This document shows, in pieces, positions 47,812-58,744 of a DNA stretch of 64,000 nt (the first letter of the stretch is position 1; the number at the start of each line of letters is the position of its first letter). The translations under genes and the position numbers were made by a program. The DNA comes from Clostridia bacterium (GTDB taxonomy: Bacteria > Bacillota > Clostridia > Monoglobales > Monoglobaceae), in contig JAFYXJ010000018.1 in NCBI GenBank assembly GCA_017546205.1, forward strand, positions 1,704 through 65,703. Reading direction: 5' to 3'. Below the pieces are notes generated by a model that was given only the letters and a program-made list of their open reading frames with translations, ran no database searches and was not told the origin of the DNA.

Positions 47812-48255
47812 TTATTCGCAGAAATCTTCTTCGTCAAGGTCGTCAACGGTGACTTCTACTTTTTTCCCTTTATGGAACAATTCCGATACCTTGTCAATGG
47901 CCTCCGGTGCCATATCCAACAGACGGTCATAAATGCCGTTCTGGGGGGTAATGGAAAGCATCCGGATTTTACCGTTGCCTACCACCAGAAACGCCTCGGG
48001 GGTCAGAGAGATACCGCCGCCGGTACCGCCGCCAAACATATCTTTGGGGGCTTCCCCATGTTTGCCGCTACGGAATTTCTCGAATTCGCTTCCGCCTACA
48101 CCAAAACCAAGTGCTACCTTGGAAATAGGAATTATTACCGTACCATCAGGGGTGGTAATGGCATCGCCTACGATGGTATTCACATCAATCATTTCTTTCA
48201 GCCCCTGAAGTGCTGTGTACATAATTCCCTCAATGGGATGTTTGTTTTCTGACAT
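47812..48255 (-). CDS. ytfJ: Sporulation protein YtfJ (GerW)
   Basis: LKEMIDVNTIVGDAI, IIPISKV, GGGTGGGISLTPEAFLVV. Confidence 0.93.
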   Translation of the reverse strand: MSENKHPIEGIMYTALQGLKEMIDVNTIVGDAITTPDGTVIIPISKVALGFGVGGSEFEKFRSGKHGEAPKDMFGGGTGGGISLTPEAFLVVGNGKIRMLSITPQNGIYDRLLDMAPEAIDKVSELFHKGKKVEVTVDDLDEEDFCE

Positions 48256-48952
48256 GTTCGCCACTTCCTTTATCTTTATCTTTATTATTTCTCAGATAAG
48301 TAACCGCCATACGCAGGCATTCTTTGAATCCCGCATGAATAATATGCGCAGGTCTTATCTTAATTATACTCTCAAGTTCTGCATCAAACCGTTTGGTGTT
48401 AAAATCCGCCTGCATGTCCACCTGCGGATATTCCATCCGAAAATATCGGCAGAGAATGGGATACACCGCTCCGATTGCCGACCACGCCGCACCATAAGCC
48501 ATTCCGGTATGTGCCGGATTTCCCGTGCCGAATGTCAGGTACAATCGGGTGTCACAAATCTCAATCTTGTACCGCATGCCGTCAAACAACGCCCGAAAGG
48601 TTTCCCTTAATTCTTCCCAAAGTTCCAGATACTGTCCCACAACAGTCCGAATACCATCGCTTTGATAACCGCCCTTTTCCTCGTCGTAGATTTTTTTTGT
48701 ATCCGGTTTCCACCGACCGGAAAACCTGTTTTCTTTTTGTGGCTTGTTCTGCTTACTCTTGGGTTTTTGGGGTTTGGGCACCGAGAAGTCACGGTCAAAC
48801 AAAGTCCGTCTGAATCCAAATCCACGCAGTTCCAACACCAAGCGACGTTCTTTCAAGCGAAGATAGATACTCCAGCGGTGCCAGATTATCGCTATCAACA
48901 GGACGACAACTGTCAAAAGAACCGTCAACAAGCCAACCCATACATAGCGCAT
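48230..48952 (-). CDS. DUF2953/YtfI-like membrane-anchored protein
   Basis: N-terminal TM helix; FGTGNPAHTGMAYG motif; immediately upstream of ytfJ. Confidence 0.8.
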   Translation of the reverse strand: MRYVWVGLLTVLLTVVVLLIAIIWHRWSIYLRLKERRLVLELRGFGFRRTLFDRDFSVPKPQKPKSKQNKPQKENRFSGRWKPDTKKIYDEEKGGYQSDGIRTVVGQYLELWEELRETFRALFDGMRYKIEICDTRLYLTFGTGNPAHTGMAYGAAWSAIGAVYPILCRYFRMEYPQVDMQADFNTKRFDAELESIIKIRPAHIIHAGFKECLRMAVTYLRNNKDKDKGSGEHVRKQTSH

Positions 48953-48971
48953 ACGCTATCCCGCCTCTCTG

Positions 48972-49595
48972 TTACAGCAGTTCTTCTTCCGGTTCCTCCT
49001 CGGCAGGTTCCAGAGGAGGGAGCATGCCGATTTGTTCCGCATCAATATCCATGCTGATCTGTTCTCCCTCACCCTCGGGACTTCCAAAGGATTCAAATTC
49101 CGGAAGTTCTTCCAAGGTTGCCACGCCGAAACATCGTAAAAATTCCTGCGTTGTGCCAAACAAAATGGGTCTGCCCGGTGCGTCCAGTCTGCCTTTTTCT
49201 TCTATCAGATTCCGTTCCATCAAGCGATTGACCACATAGTCACAGTTGACGCCACGGATATGTTCGATGGTGCTTCTGGTCACCGGTTGCTTATAGGCAA
49301 TGATGGCAAGCACCTCAATCGCTGCATTGGAAAGACTTTGTTTCCGTCTGGGTTCTGCCAGCATGGCAACGTAATCGTGGTATTCACCACGGGTACACAT
49401 CTGGTAACTATCCTCCATACGGATGATATGAATGCCTCTCCGTTCAAAGTTGTAGGAATCCATCATCTTTTGCAGAATCTCCCGCAGGGATTTTTTGTCC
49501 ACATCCACAATGTCTGCCAATTTCTCCAGTTCCACCGCATCCCCTGCGGAAAAAAGAACTGCTTCCAAAATCGACTGTATCTCTCTGATTTCCAT
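48972..49595 (-). CDS. scpB: SMC-Scp complex subunit ScpB
   Basis: LEAVLFSAG, LAIIAYKQPVTR, IRGVN, GRPILFGTT..FL..FG. Confidence 0.96.
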   Translation of the reverse strand: MEIREIQSILEAVLFSAGDAVELEKLADIVDVDKKSLREILQKMMDSYNFERRGIHIIRMEDSYQMCTRGEYHDYVAMLAEPRRKQSLSNAAIEVLAIIAYKQPVTRSTIEHIRGVNCDYVVNRLMERNLIEEKGRLDAPGRPILFGTTQEFLRCFGVATLEELPEFESFGSPEGEGEQISMDIDAEQIGMLPPLEPAEEEPEEELL

Positions 49596-49599
49596 AACA

Positions 49600-50370
49600 T
49601 TAATCCTCTATCATCGTCCAGTCCCCGTCACTTGCCGTATCTTCACGGAAAATCTGAGGATTGGAAAAATCTTCGCTTTCTGTATATTCTACCCGAATCT
49701 TCTTTAATTTAATCAATTCCAGAACAGCAAGGAAAGATGCCACCGCTTCCGGTTTGGACTTGACGCCGGCGAACAGTTCCTTAAACTTCATCTTGCTCTT
49801 CTTCATCAGCCGTTTCCAGATGCCGATTACCTTTTGCCGTACCGAAACTTTCTCATGTCCCACAATCCCGTGGAACGAATGTTTGGGGGGCGGTAATTTC
49901 CGTTCCAGTTTCTGGTACGCCCGCTTGTAGGCGGCAATCAGATTTTCCGGTGTCATACACGCCATGTTCCATTCTGCCGGAGGTCGTTCAATCACATCCG
50001 GGGTCTTAAAGAACATGGATGCACCGATGGACTGACGGGGTCTTAAATATTCCGCCGCGTCTTTCACCTTGCTGTATTCCACCAGACGGCGAATCAGTTC
50101 TTCTCTGGGGTCCAGTTCATCCTCGTCCTCCTCCTCTGTCTTGGGAAGGAGCATACGGGATTTTATCTGCAACAAGGTTGCCGCCAGCACCAGAAATTCA
50201 CTGGATACCTCCAAATCCAGTTCCTGCATCTCCTGCACAACTGCAAGATACTGATCCAGAATCACGGAAATGGGTATGTCATAAATACTGACCTTATTCT
50301 TACGAACCAAAGTCAGCAACAGATCCAGCGGACCCTCAAAATGCTCCAGTTTGAATTGTAACTGTTCCAT
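49600..50370 (-). CDS. scpA: Segregation and condensation protein ScpA
   Basis: FEGPLDLLL, FLVLAATLLQIKSRMLLP, FLAVLEL. Confidence 0.96.
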   Translation of the reverse strand: MEQLQFKLEHFEGPLDLLLTLVRKNKVSIYDIPISVILDQYLAVVQEMQELDLEVSSEFLVLAATLLQIKSRMLLPKTEEEDEDELDPREELIRRLVEYSKVKDAAEYLRPRQSIGASMFFKTPDVIERPPAEWNMACMTPENLIAAYKRAYQKLERKLPPPKHSFHGIVGHEKVSVRQKVIGIWKRLMKKSKMKFKELFAGVKSKPEAVASFLAVLELIKLKKIRVEYTESEDFSNPQIFREDTASDGDWTMIED

Positions 50371-50384
50371 ACCAACACCTATAC

Positions 50385-51065
50385 TTACATAAACAATCCG
50401 ATAATACTATTAAAAAGCGAAAGAATCGCATCCTCACAAAAATACAGTAATTGATTGAAAAACGGTAGGTTAATCAATAAAATCAGCAGAATAAATCCGT
50501 ACCGTTCCCATTCCATAATCTTAAAATAGATTCTTGCAGGCAGAACAGCGTTCAGGATTTTTGACCCGTCAAGAGGCGGAATGGGAATCAGGTTGAATAA
50601 TCCCAAACCCAGATTGATTGCCACCAGATACTGGCAGATAATCATGCAAACAACTGCCAAGGAAAACAAAAAACCCTCATGGCTAAACTTTAGATTGAGA
50701 AGAACACAAATTGCCAGTTGCGCCAAAAACGCAAGCACAAAGTTGGAGAGAGGGCCTGCCAGAGAGGTTAGCACCATACCTGCTTTTTTGTGTTTGAAAT
50801 TCCATGGATTGACCGGAACAGGACGTGCCCAGCCAAATCCAAATAATAACAGACACAACGCACCCATAGGTTCCAGATGATACAAAGGATTCAATGTCAG
50901 CCTGCCGGAACTTTTGGCAGTTTTATCTCCCATCCAGTATGCCGCAAGACCGTGAAAAAGTTCATGCACCGTCAAAGACAACAGGATACAAAACAACAAT
51001 ACCAACAGGGACAACAATTTTTCAGTCCCGCTCATAGAGCCGTCACGAAGAACAGAAAAAAGCAT
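50385..51065 (-). CDS. Site-2 protease (M50) family protein
   Basis: HELFH, GRLTLNP, AGPLSN, FNLIPIPPLDG. Confidence 0.93.
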   Translation of the reverse strand: MLFSVLRDGSMSGTEKLLSLLVLLFCILLSLTVHELFHGLAAYWMGDKTAKSSGRLTLNPLYHLEPMGALCLLLFGFGWARPVPVNPWNFKHKKAGMVLTSLAGPLSNFVLAFLAQLAICVLLNLKFSHEGFLFSLAVVCMIICQYLVAINLGLGLFNLIPIPPLDGSKILNAVLPARIYFKIMEWERYGFILLILLINLPFFNQLLYFCEDAILSLFNSIIGLFM

Positions 51066-51080
51066 AACCTTTCCTCCTTT

Positions 51081-52382
51081 TTATAAATCGCAACCCAGTA
51101 TATCTTCATAGGTTTCCCGACGGACTGCCAGAGTTGCCTTTCCATCTTTCACCATGATAATAGGCGGACGGGGAATCCGATTGTAGTTGCTTGCCATGGA
51201 ATAATGGTAAGCACCTGTTGCCTGAATGGCAAGTATATCCCCCGGCTCTGCCTTGGGAAGATGCGCAGATTGAATGAGGATATCTCCCGATTCACAGCAA
51301 CGGCCTGCAACCGTAACGGTGGTATCTGCCGGTGCAAGGGGTTTTTCCACCAATACCGCCTCATACTCAGAACCATACATAATGTGTCGGGGATTGTCCG
51401 CCATTCCGCCGTCTACCGAAAGGTAGGTACGAACATCCGGAATCTCTTTGATACAGCCAACAGTATATAAGGTCAAGCCTGCAGACGCCACAATGGATCT
51501 GCCGGGCTCCATCACGATAAAAGGTTTTTCCAGATTGAGACGGGTACATTCCTCCGAAACGGTTTGAGACACCGCCTCCATGTATTTTTCATAGTCAACC
51601 GGCATATCTTCTTCCACATACTTGATGCCGAAGCCTCCGCCCAGATTCAATTCTCCCAGAGAAAGTCCGTAAGTATCCCGAACCTTTGCCATAAACCCAA
51701 GCATCACCTTTGCCGCCATCCGGAATGGATCCAGTTCAAAAATCTGGGAACCGATATGACAATGGATACCCACCACTGAAATATTGCTGAGGGTGAGGGC
51801 ATGACGGATAATCTCCTCTGCCTCCCCCGTTTCCAACGCTACGCCGAACTTGGAATCAATCTGTCCGGTCTGGATAAAACTGTGAGTATGAGCATCAATG
51901 CCCGGCTTAATCCGGAACAAAATCTTTGCGGTTTTATCCCGCTCCTTGGCCAGACGATTCAACAATTCCAGTTCATGGCGGTTGTCTACGACAATTCTAC
52001 CAACGCCATTGTCAAGGGCAAATATCAGTTCTTCTTCGGTTTTGTTGTTGCCATGAAAATAAATCTTTTCTGCCGGAAAATCAGCCTGTAATGCCGTGTA
52101 CAGTTCCCCACCGGAAACCACATCCACGCCCAAACCCTCTTCTTTCATAATGCGATAAATGGCTTTACAGGAAAGCGCCTTGCTGGCATACAATACCAAT
52201 CCGTTTCCTCCATAAAATTCCTCCACAGAACGGCGGTAAACCCGACAGTTCTCCCGTATTGTAGTCTCATCCATCACATAGGCAGGTGTTGAAAACTCTG
52301 CGGCAACCTTGGCAAGGTCGCATCCGCCCATCTCTAAATTTCCGCTGTCATTCACACGCAGACAGTCCATCACAAACTGCAT
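51081..52382 (-). CDS. lysA: Diaminopimelate decarboxylase
   Basis: YASKA, DVVSGGEL, HGNNK, HCHIGSQ, LGGGFG, EPGRS, CESGD, GAY...MASNYN. Confidence 0.96.
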   Translation of the reverse strand: MQFVMDCLRVNDSGNLEMGGCDLAKVAAEFSTPAYVMDETTIRENCRVYRRSVEEFYGGNGLVLYASKALSCKAIYRIMKEEGLGVDVVSGGELYTALQADFPAEKIYFHGNNKTEEELIFALDNGVGRIVVDNRHELELLNRLAKERDKTAKILFRIKPGIDAHTHSFIQTGQIDSKFGVALETGEAEEIIRHALTLSNISVVGIHCHIGSQIFELDPFRMAAKVMLGFMAKVRDTYGLSLGELNLGGGFGIKYVEEDMPVDYEKYMEAVSQTVSEECTRLNLEKPFIVMEPGRSIVASAGLTLYTVGCIKEIPDVRTYLSVDGGMADNPRHIMYGSEYEAVLVEKPLAPADTTVTVAGRCCESGDILIQSAHLPKAEPGDILAIQATGAYHYSMASNYNRIPRPPIIMVKDGKATLAVRRETYEDILGCDL

Positions 52383-52466
52383 TGCCGATATCCTCCTTCT
52401 TCTGTACAGAAGATAAATTTTTACAAATATCATTGTATCATATACTGTCAAGTTTGTCAACGAAGG

Positions 52467-52506
52467 AACGGCAAGGAAACCTTGCGGTTCACCTTGCCGT
52501 TTTTTT
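52467..52506. terminator. Hairpin downstream of cinA
   Basis: AACGGCAAGG...CCTTGCCGTT. Confidence 0.65.
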
Positions 52507-53764
52507 ACCAGATATAATCGTCTCTTAAACTATCTAAAACACATCGGCGGACGGCATCCAATGCATACAAAGACGCCCGTTCCCGCACAACATCACGGCT
52601 TCCGCTGAGCATCAGCCGATATACCTTATGCACATCTTTGGCGCAAACACTTAAATACACCAAGCCCACAGGTTTCTCAGGGTTTCCTCCGCCGGGGCCT
52701 GCAATACCAGTGATACCGATGCCGATATCGGCACCCCCTGCCTCTCTGGCACCTTTGCTCATGCAAAGCGCTGTCTCCTTGGAAACTGCACCGTAGGTTT
52801 CCAGAATATCATGGGGTACACCCAGAAGCTCCTCTTTCTTTTCATTGGAATAGGTCACAAATCCGCAATGAAAGCATCCGGAAGAACCGGGCACTTCGGT
52901 TATCTTTTTGGCAACCAGCCCGCCGGTACAACTTTCCGCCGTGGTCAGGGTAAGTCCCCTCTGATTCAGAAGGTCCACCACCGTAGTCTGGAGATTGGCA
53001 TTCTCCCCCTCGGCATAAATAAAGTCGCCCAACTCTTTCCGGATTTCATCCTCTACAGGCGCAATCATCTCTTCCGCAGCTTCAACATCCTTTGCAGATG
53101 CCGTAATCCGAAGTTCCATTTCTCCGGTTTTGGCATAAGGAGCAAGGGTGGGATTGGTCAGATTCTTCATCAAAGATTCCAACCGTTCCTCCACCGCCGA
53201 TTCGCCCAGCCCGAAAATCCGAAGACTCCTAGAGTGAATCACCCCGTTGGTTTTGGATTCCAGATAGGGGCGCACTTTATCCCGAAGCATGGCACGCATC
53301 TCCCTGGGAGGGCCGGGGAGCATGATGAACACATTCTTTTCCGTCTCCACAATAGCACCGGGGGCAGTACCGTTGTCATTATCCAGAACAATACATCCCT
53401 CCGGCATTTCTGCCTGTTTCAAGTTATTCTTGGGCATATATCTGCCCTTTTCCTTGAAATAGGATTCCAAACGCCGTCTGCTTTCTTCATGCATCACGCA
53501 AGAAAGTCCGCAATATTCGGCAATGGTTTCTTTGGTCAGGTCATCACCGGTAGGTCCTAACCCGCCGGTGGTAATCACACCGTCAGCACGGCTTGCCGCA
53601 AGGGCAAGCGCCTCTTTCAATCGGTTAGGGTTGTCCCCCACCACCGTAGTATAATACACATTCATGCCCAGTTCGCTGAGCATTCTGCTGATATCTTGTG
53701 CATTGGTATTGACAATCTGCCCAAGCAGCAGTTCGGTTCCTACCGAGATAATTTCAAAATTCAT
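52505..53764 (-). CDS. cinA: Competence/damage-inducible protein CinA (MocF-like + PncC NMN deamidase)
   Basis: VGTELLLGQIVNTNA, GGLGPTGDDLT, AESCTGG, ITGIAGPGGG...KPVG. Confidence 0.95.
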   Translation of the reverse strand: MNFEIISVGTELLLGQIVNTNAQDISRMLSELGMNVYYTTVVGDNPNRLKEALALAASRADGVITTGGLGPTGDDLTKETIAEYCGLSCVMHEESRRRLESYFKEKGRYMPKNNLKQAEMPEGCIVLDNDNGTAPGAIVETEKNVFIMLPGPPREMRAMLRDKVRPYLESKTNGVIHSRSLRIFGLGESAVEERLESLMKNLTNPTLAPYAKTGEMELRITASAKDVEAAEEMIAPVEDEIRKELGDFIYAEGENANLQTTVVDLLNQRGLTLTTAESCTGGLVAKKITEVPGSSGCFHCGFVTYSNEKKEELLGVPHDILETYGAVSKETALCMSKGAREAGGADIGIGITGIAGPGGGNPEKPVGLVYLSVCAKDVHKVYRLMLSGSRDVVRERASLYALDAVRRCVLDSLRDDYIW

Positions 53765-53774
53765 GTTACCTCTC

Positions 53775-54956
53775 CTATTCAGGCTGAATGACGATAACCT
53801 CATCCTGTGCAATGGCGTCTTCTATCATTTCCTCCAGATTGGTCAGTGCCTGCTCCGCCTCCACAATTTCTGCAATGTCAGGTCGGGTTTTGGGATGTTT
53901 GGGAACAAAGATGGTACAGCAATCCTCGTAGGGCAGGATAGAGGTTTCATACGCATCAATCTTTTTGGAAATCTGAACAATCTCCTCCTTGTCCATACCG
54001 ATACAAGGACGGAATACCGGCATAGATACCGCATTGTCGGTTACTGCAAGGCTTTCCATGGTCTGGCTGGCAACCTGACCGATACTCTCTCCGGTGATCA
54101 ATGCCTGGGCATGCCCCTGTTTTGCAATCCGTTCTGCAATCTGCATCATCACGCGGCGCATAATCAGGGTGAGATAGTTTTTGGGACACTTGTCAATGAT
54201 GGCAAGTTGGATATCGGTAAAGGGTACCACATGAAGATTGATTTTACCGGTATAGGCAGAGAGAATCTTGGCAAGATCAATAACCTTTTCCTTAGCACGG
54301 TCTGACGTATAGGGGTGGCTGTGAAAATGCACCGCATCCAACCCCACACCGCGCTTGGCAATCATCCAGCCGGCAACCGGACTGTCGATACCGCCGCTGA
54401 GCAGAAGTGCCGCCTTACCATTGGTTCCCACCGGCATACCGCCGGCACCGGAAACTTTTTCCGTAAAGATATATGCTTTTTTCCGTATCTCAATCTGCAC
54501 CAAAATATCAGGATTATGCACGTCAACCTTAAGTCCTTTGACATTTTTTAAGATGACACCGCCCATCTGCTGACAAATCTGAGGGGAGTTCAGGGGGAAC
54601 TGCTTATCTTCCCGCTTGGCTTCTACCTTAAAGGTTTTTCCCTCGACGTCCATCTCCCTGAGGCACTCCACCGTGGTTTTTGCAATGCTGTCCATATCCT
54701 TGTCGCAGGAAACAGCAGGGCAGATGTTCACGATACCAAACACTTTTTGCATCCGCTCAATGGCAATCTCCATATCGATGCCCTCTTCCAGAGGTTCCAC
54801 ATACAACATGGACTGGGATTTACGGATGCTGAACTTACCCAAAGGCGCCAATGCCTTTCCCACATTTTTCAGGAGCCGTTGCTCAAACATGGGGCGGTTC
54901 AGACCCTTTAATGCGATTTCACCGTATTTCAAAAGAACAATATCTGCTTTTTTCAT
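53775..54956 (-). CDS. thiI: tRNA 4-thiouridine(8) synthase
   Basis: KYGEIALKGLNR, THUMP domain, LLSGGIDSPVA, GESIGQVASQT, EDCC. Confidence 0.96.
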   Translation of the reverse strand: MKKADIVLLKYGEIALKGLNRPMFEQRLLKNVGKALAPLGKFSIRKSQSMLYVEPLEEGIDMEIAIERMQKVFGIVNICPAVSCDKDMDSIAKTTVECLREMDVEGKTFKVEAKREDKQFPLNSPQICQQMGGVILKNVKGLKVDVHNPDILVQIEIRKKAYIFTEKVSGAGGMPVGTNGKAALLLSGGIDSPVAGWMIAKRGVGLDAVHFHSHPYTSDRAKEKVIDLAKILSAYTGKINLHVVPFTDIQLAIIDKCPKNYLTLIMRRVMMQIAERIAKQGHAQALITGESIGQVASQTMESLAVTDNAVSMPVFRPCIGMDKEEIVQISKKIDAYETSILPYEDCCTIFVPKHPKTRPDIAEIVEAEQALTNLEEMIEDAIAQDEVIVIQPE

Positions 54957-54970
54957 TGGTATTCTCCATT

Positions 54971-56110
54971 CTATTTTAATTTTCTCAGTCTTGGCACAAT
55001 GGTCGCAAGGGCATCCACCGTAGCGTCAATATCTTCCTGCGTTGTAAACTCCGAAAGGCTGAACCGGATGCTTCCGTCAATCATAGCACGGTCTACGCCC
55101 ATGGCAGTAAGCACATAACTGGGTTCCCGTTTATGGCTGGAACACGCCGATCCGCTGGAAACATAAATTTCCTCATTCTCCAGAGAGTGGAGCACCACCT
55201 CTGACCGCACCTTACCAAAAGATACATTCAGGATATGAGGCGCACAACCCTCCGGTGTGTTCACCCTCACATCGGGAATCCGGGATACAATTCCCTCTTC
55301 CAGTCGTTTTCGCAAATTCTCCATGCGGGGCACCGACTCTGCCATACGGCTGTGGCACAGCGACGCTGCAACACCGATACCCGCAATACCGGGCACATTC
55401 TCGGTTCCGGGTCTTACATTATCTTGCTGACCGCCGCCATACAGACAAGGTGCAAGGCGGGTTCCCTTTTTCACATACAGGACGCCGACACCTTTGGGGC
55501 CGTGAATCTTATGACCGCTGATACTGATTAAATCCGCCCCCAGTTCCCGTACATCACAAGAGACTTTACAATACCCCTGAACAGCATCTACATGGAAGAT
55601 GGCTTTGGGGTTCTTTTTCTTCAAGATTTTTGCCATACGGGCAATAGGCTGAACCGAACCCACCTCATTGTTGACCAACATAGCGGTTACCAGCACCGTG
55701 TCGCTTCGTATTAAGTCCTCAAAGGCAGGAAGACTGATGACACCATCTCTGTCAACGGGAATAAAATCCACCTGCCATCCGTCCTCTTTCAATTTTGCCA
55801 GCGTGTTCATGGTCGCCGGATGTTCTAAGGGCGTGCTGATAATATGCCGTCCGCGGCTGATGCCGCACACGCCCAGAATCGCCAGATTGTCCGACTCGGT
55901 TCCTCCCGAGGTGAAATAAATCTCTCCCGCACTTGCCTTTAAGGTGGCGGCAATGGATTCTCTGGCGGCTTTGAGTTCTTTTTCTGCGCCAATGCCTTTT
56001 CGGTGTAGAGATGAGGGATTGCCGTACTGCTCCCTCATCACAGAGGCAACCTTTTCCGTCACTTCATCATAGGGACGGGTGGTTGCACTGTTATCCAGAT
56101 ATCTTTCCAT
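54971..56110 (-). CDS. Cysteine desulfurase (NifZ/IscS-like, paired with thiI)
   Basis: YLDNSATT, GNPSSLH, HVDAVQ, SGHKIHGPKG, SSGSACSS. Confidence 0.95.
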   Translation of the reverse strand: MERYLDNSATTRPYDEVTEKVASVMREQYGNPSSLHRKGIGAEKELKAARESIAATLKASAGEIYFTSGGTESDNLAILGVCGISRGRHIISTPLEHPATMNTLAKLKEDGWQVDFIPVDRDGVISLPAFEDLIRSDTVLVTAMLVNNEVGSVQPIARMAKILKKKNPKAIFHVDAVQGYCKVSCDVRELGADLISISGHKIHGPKGVGVLYVKKGTRLAPCLYGGGQQDNVRPGTENVPGIAGIGVAASLCHSRMAESVPRMENLRKRLEEGIVSRIPDVRVNTPEGCAPHILNVSFGKVRSEVVLHSLENEEIYVSSGSACSSHKREPSYVLTAMGVDRAMIDGSIRFSLSEFTTQEDIDATVDALATIVPRLRKLK

Positions 56111-56276
56111 ATCTCTTCCTCCAAACTTCTAACACAACATTTTAACACAGTATTCAGGTTTTTTCAACCGAAAACTAAAAAAACCTTTCAACTGTATTAT
56201 ATGAAATTCTTACAAAAAGGGTAGACAAAACCCTGAAATTCCGTGTATAATAGAAAAGAACGGGAGGATGACAGAT

Positions 56277-58646
56277 TTGGAACAGAAAACCCTGAAAACT
56301 TTAGAATACGATAAAATACTGGAACTGCTTTGCGGATTTGCCAAAAACGAGGCAACTGCAGTGCGGATTCTTGCCCTGACCCCGTCGTCAGATTTTCGTC
56401 AGGTGGAACAAACACTGGCAGAAACAGACAGTGCTGTTACCCTGATTCTCAAATACGGAATGCCGGAACTTCTTCGGATTCAGGATGTGAAAGAACAGGT
56501 CAAGCGCCTTTCTGTAGGCGGCACTTTGAATATGCCGGAACTTTTGAATCTGGCACGGATTCTGAAAAACGCCAGAACCCTGAAATCCTTGACGCCGGAG
56601 CAAAGCGGCGTTCTTTCCGGTTATATTGAGGAACTGACCCCTCACAAGACGCTGGAAGACCGTATCAACGGTTCCATTTTGTCCGACGAGGAAATGGCAG
56701 ACCATGCAAGTCCCGAACTTGCCTCCATCCGGAGAAAAACCAAAAATGCCTCTGCAAAAATCAAAGATTCTCTGGACAGTATGATTCGTTCCGGCTATTA
56801 TCAGAAGTTTTTGCAAGATACCATTGTCACCATGCGGAACAACCGCTATGTGGTTCCGGTCAAAGCAGAACATCGGAGCGATGTGCGCGGTATTGTTCAT
56901 GACATCTCCGCATCGGGGAGCACCGTCTTCATCGAGCCGGAAAGCGTGGTCAATGCCAACAACGAACTGCACGAACTGGAAATCAAAGAAAAGACAGAAA
57001 TCGCACGAATCTTAGCGGAACTTTCCGCCATGGCGGCAGAAGTATCCGAAGAACTGCTTTATAATTTTGACACCTTGATTCATCTGGATTTTGTCTTTGC
57101 AAAAGCCAAACTTGCCCTTGACATGAAAGCAATTCATCCCCTCCTGAACAAAGAGGACAAGGTGTTCATCAAGGACGGAAGACATCCCTTGATTGACCGG
57201 AAGAAAATTGTGCCCACCACCGTTTATCTGGGGGACACCTTTGACAGCCTGATTGTCACCGGTCCCAACACCGGCGGTAAAACCGTAGTACTGAAAACCG
57301 TAGGATTATTCTCGTTGATGACCCAGTCGGGGTTGTTTATCCCCGCGTCCGACAGCAGTACCATGCCGGTTTTCCATGATATTTTTGCTGATATCGGCGA
57401 CGAACAGAGTATTGAGCAAAGTCTTTCTACCTTTTCGTCTCACATGAAAAATATTGTCCGCATTTTAGAACGGGTAGAGGCACATTGTCTGGTCTTGTTC
57501 GATGAATTGGGTGCCGGAACTGACCCCACTGAGGGTGCAGCACTTGCCACCGCCATTTTGGAACATATTCAGAAAATGGGTGCCAAATGTGTTGCCACCA
57601 CCCACTACAGCGAACTGAAACTCTACGCTCTTTCCACGTCCCGTGTGGAAAATGCATCCTGCGAATTTGATGTGGAAACGTTAAGTCCCACCTACCGTCT
57701 TCTGATTGGTACACCGGGAAAAAGTAACGCTTTTGCCATTTCGGGGAAACTGGGACTTTCTCCGGCAATCATTGCACGAAGCAAGGAACTTTTGACCGAA
57801 GAAAATCTGCAATTTGAAGATGTACTTTCCAGCATTGAGAAGAACCGTTTGACCGCTGAGCGGGATTCGGAAGAGACCCGACGGATGCGGGATGAGATTG
57901 AAACCCTGAAACGGCAGTTAGAAGACGAACGGGAAAAAATTGAAAAGCAGAAAGACAAAATCTTTGACCGCGCCAGAGAAAAGGCAGACAAGATTTTAAG
58001 CCGTGCGCAGGCGGAAACCGAAGAACTTCTTGCCGCATTTAAGCAGGCACAAAAAGAAAAGAATGAACAGGATGCCCTGAAAGTCATGACCGAACTTCGG
58101 CGGGAACTGGGACTGAAACAGAAGAAAAACCGTTCTCCCAAAGAAAAACAGAAACCGGTCAAAAAAGCAGGCATTATCAATATTAACAGCCTGAAACTGG
58201 GGGCAACCGTGCAGTTGGATGATATTGGCGACAAGGGAAGTGTCCTTGCCATCAACAAGAAAGACAACACCGTTCAGGTACAGGTAGGCATTATGAAGAT
58301 TACAAGCAAGATAGAGAATCTTACTCTCCTGGAAGATGAGGAAACCGATTCCAAACAAGGGTATACTCCCCGTCAAAAGGGCGGAACCCTCCGCAGCGGC
58401 ACCGTCAAATCCGAGATTGATTTACGGGGTATGCTTTTGGAAGAGGCCTTGCTGGAAACTGATAAGTTTTTGGATGAAGCGTCCATGGCAGGTCTGAACT
58501 CCGTCAGTATTATTCACGGCAAAGGCACCGGAACCCTCCGAAACGGCATCACCCAGATGCTTCGCAAGCATCCTCAGGTCAAATCTTTCCGTCTTGGAAA
58601 ATACGGAGAGGGCGAAAACGGCGTAACTATCGCAGAATTGAAATAA
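56277..58646 (+). CDS. mutS2: Endonuclease MutS2 (ribosome-collision factor RqcU)
   Basis: TGPNTGGKT, DIGDEQSI, DELGAGTDP, coiled coil, KOW, Smr domain IIHGKGTG; the SD abuts ATG 56268, so the in-frame TTG 56277 is the likelier start. Confidence 0.95.
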   Translation: MEQKTLKTLEYDKILELLCGFAKNEATAVRILALTPSSDFRQVEQTLAETDSAVTLILKYGMPELLRIQDVKEQVKRLSVGGTLNMPELLNLARILKNARTLKSLTPEQSGVLSGYIEELTPHKTLEDRINGSILSDEEMADHASPELASIRRKTKNASAKIKDSLDSMIRSGYYQKFLQDTIVTMRNNRYVVPVKAEHRSDVRGIVHDISASGSTVFIEPESVVNANNELHELEIKEKTEIARILAELSAMAAEVSEELLYNFDTLIHLDFVFAKAKLALDMKAIHPLLNKEDKVFIKDGRHPLIDRKKIVPTTVYLGDTFDSLIVTGPNTGGKTVVLKTVGLFSLMTQSGLFIPASDSSTMPVFHDIFADIGDEQSIEQSLSTFSSHMKNIVRILERVEAHCLVLFDELGAGTDPTEGAALATAILEHIQKMGAKCVATTHYSELKLYALSTSRVENASCEFDVETLSPTYRLLIGTPGKSNAFAISGKLGLSPAIIARSKELLTEENLQFEDVLSSIEKNRLTAERDSEETRRMRDEIETLKRQLEDEREKIEKQKDKIFDRAREKADKILSRAQAETEELLAAFKQAQKEKNEQDALKVMTELRRELGLKQKKNRSPKEKQKPVKKAGIININSLKLGATVQLDDIGDKGSVLAINKKDNTVQVQVGIMKITSKIENLTLLEDEETDSKQGYTPRQKGGTLRSGTVKSEIDLRGMLLEEALLETDKFLDEASMAGLNSVSIIHGKGTGTLRNGITQMLRKHPQVKSFRLGKYGEGENGVTIAELK

Positions 58647-58744
58647 GCCTATGCAAATTTTGAAAAAAGTGTTGTAATTTGTTTCAATTCGTGGTAAAAT
58701 AATTCCGCTAACCTTGTTAATTATAATTTAGGGAGATATATGTT

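Noticed and set aside
56227-56298. Direct repeat AAAACCCTGAAA in the mutS2 promoter and early coding region
   Set aside because: It is short and A-rich, and one copy is explained by the codons for Lys-Thr-Leu-Lys.
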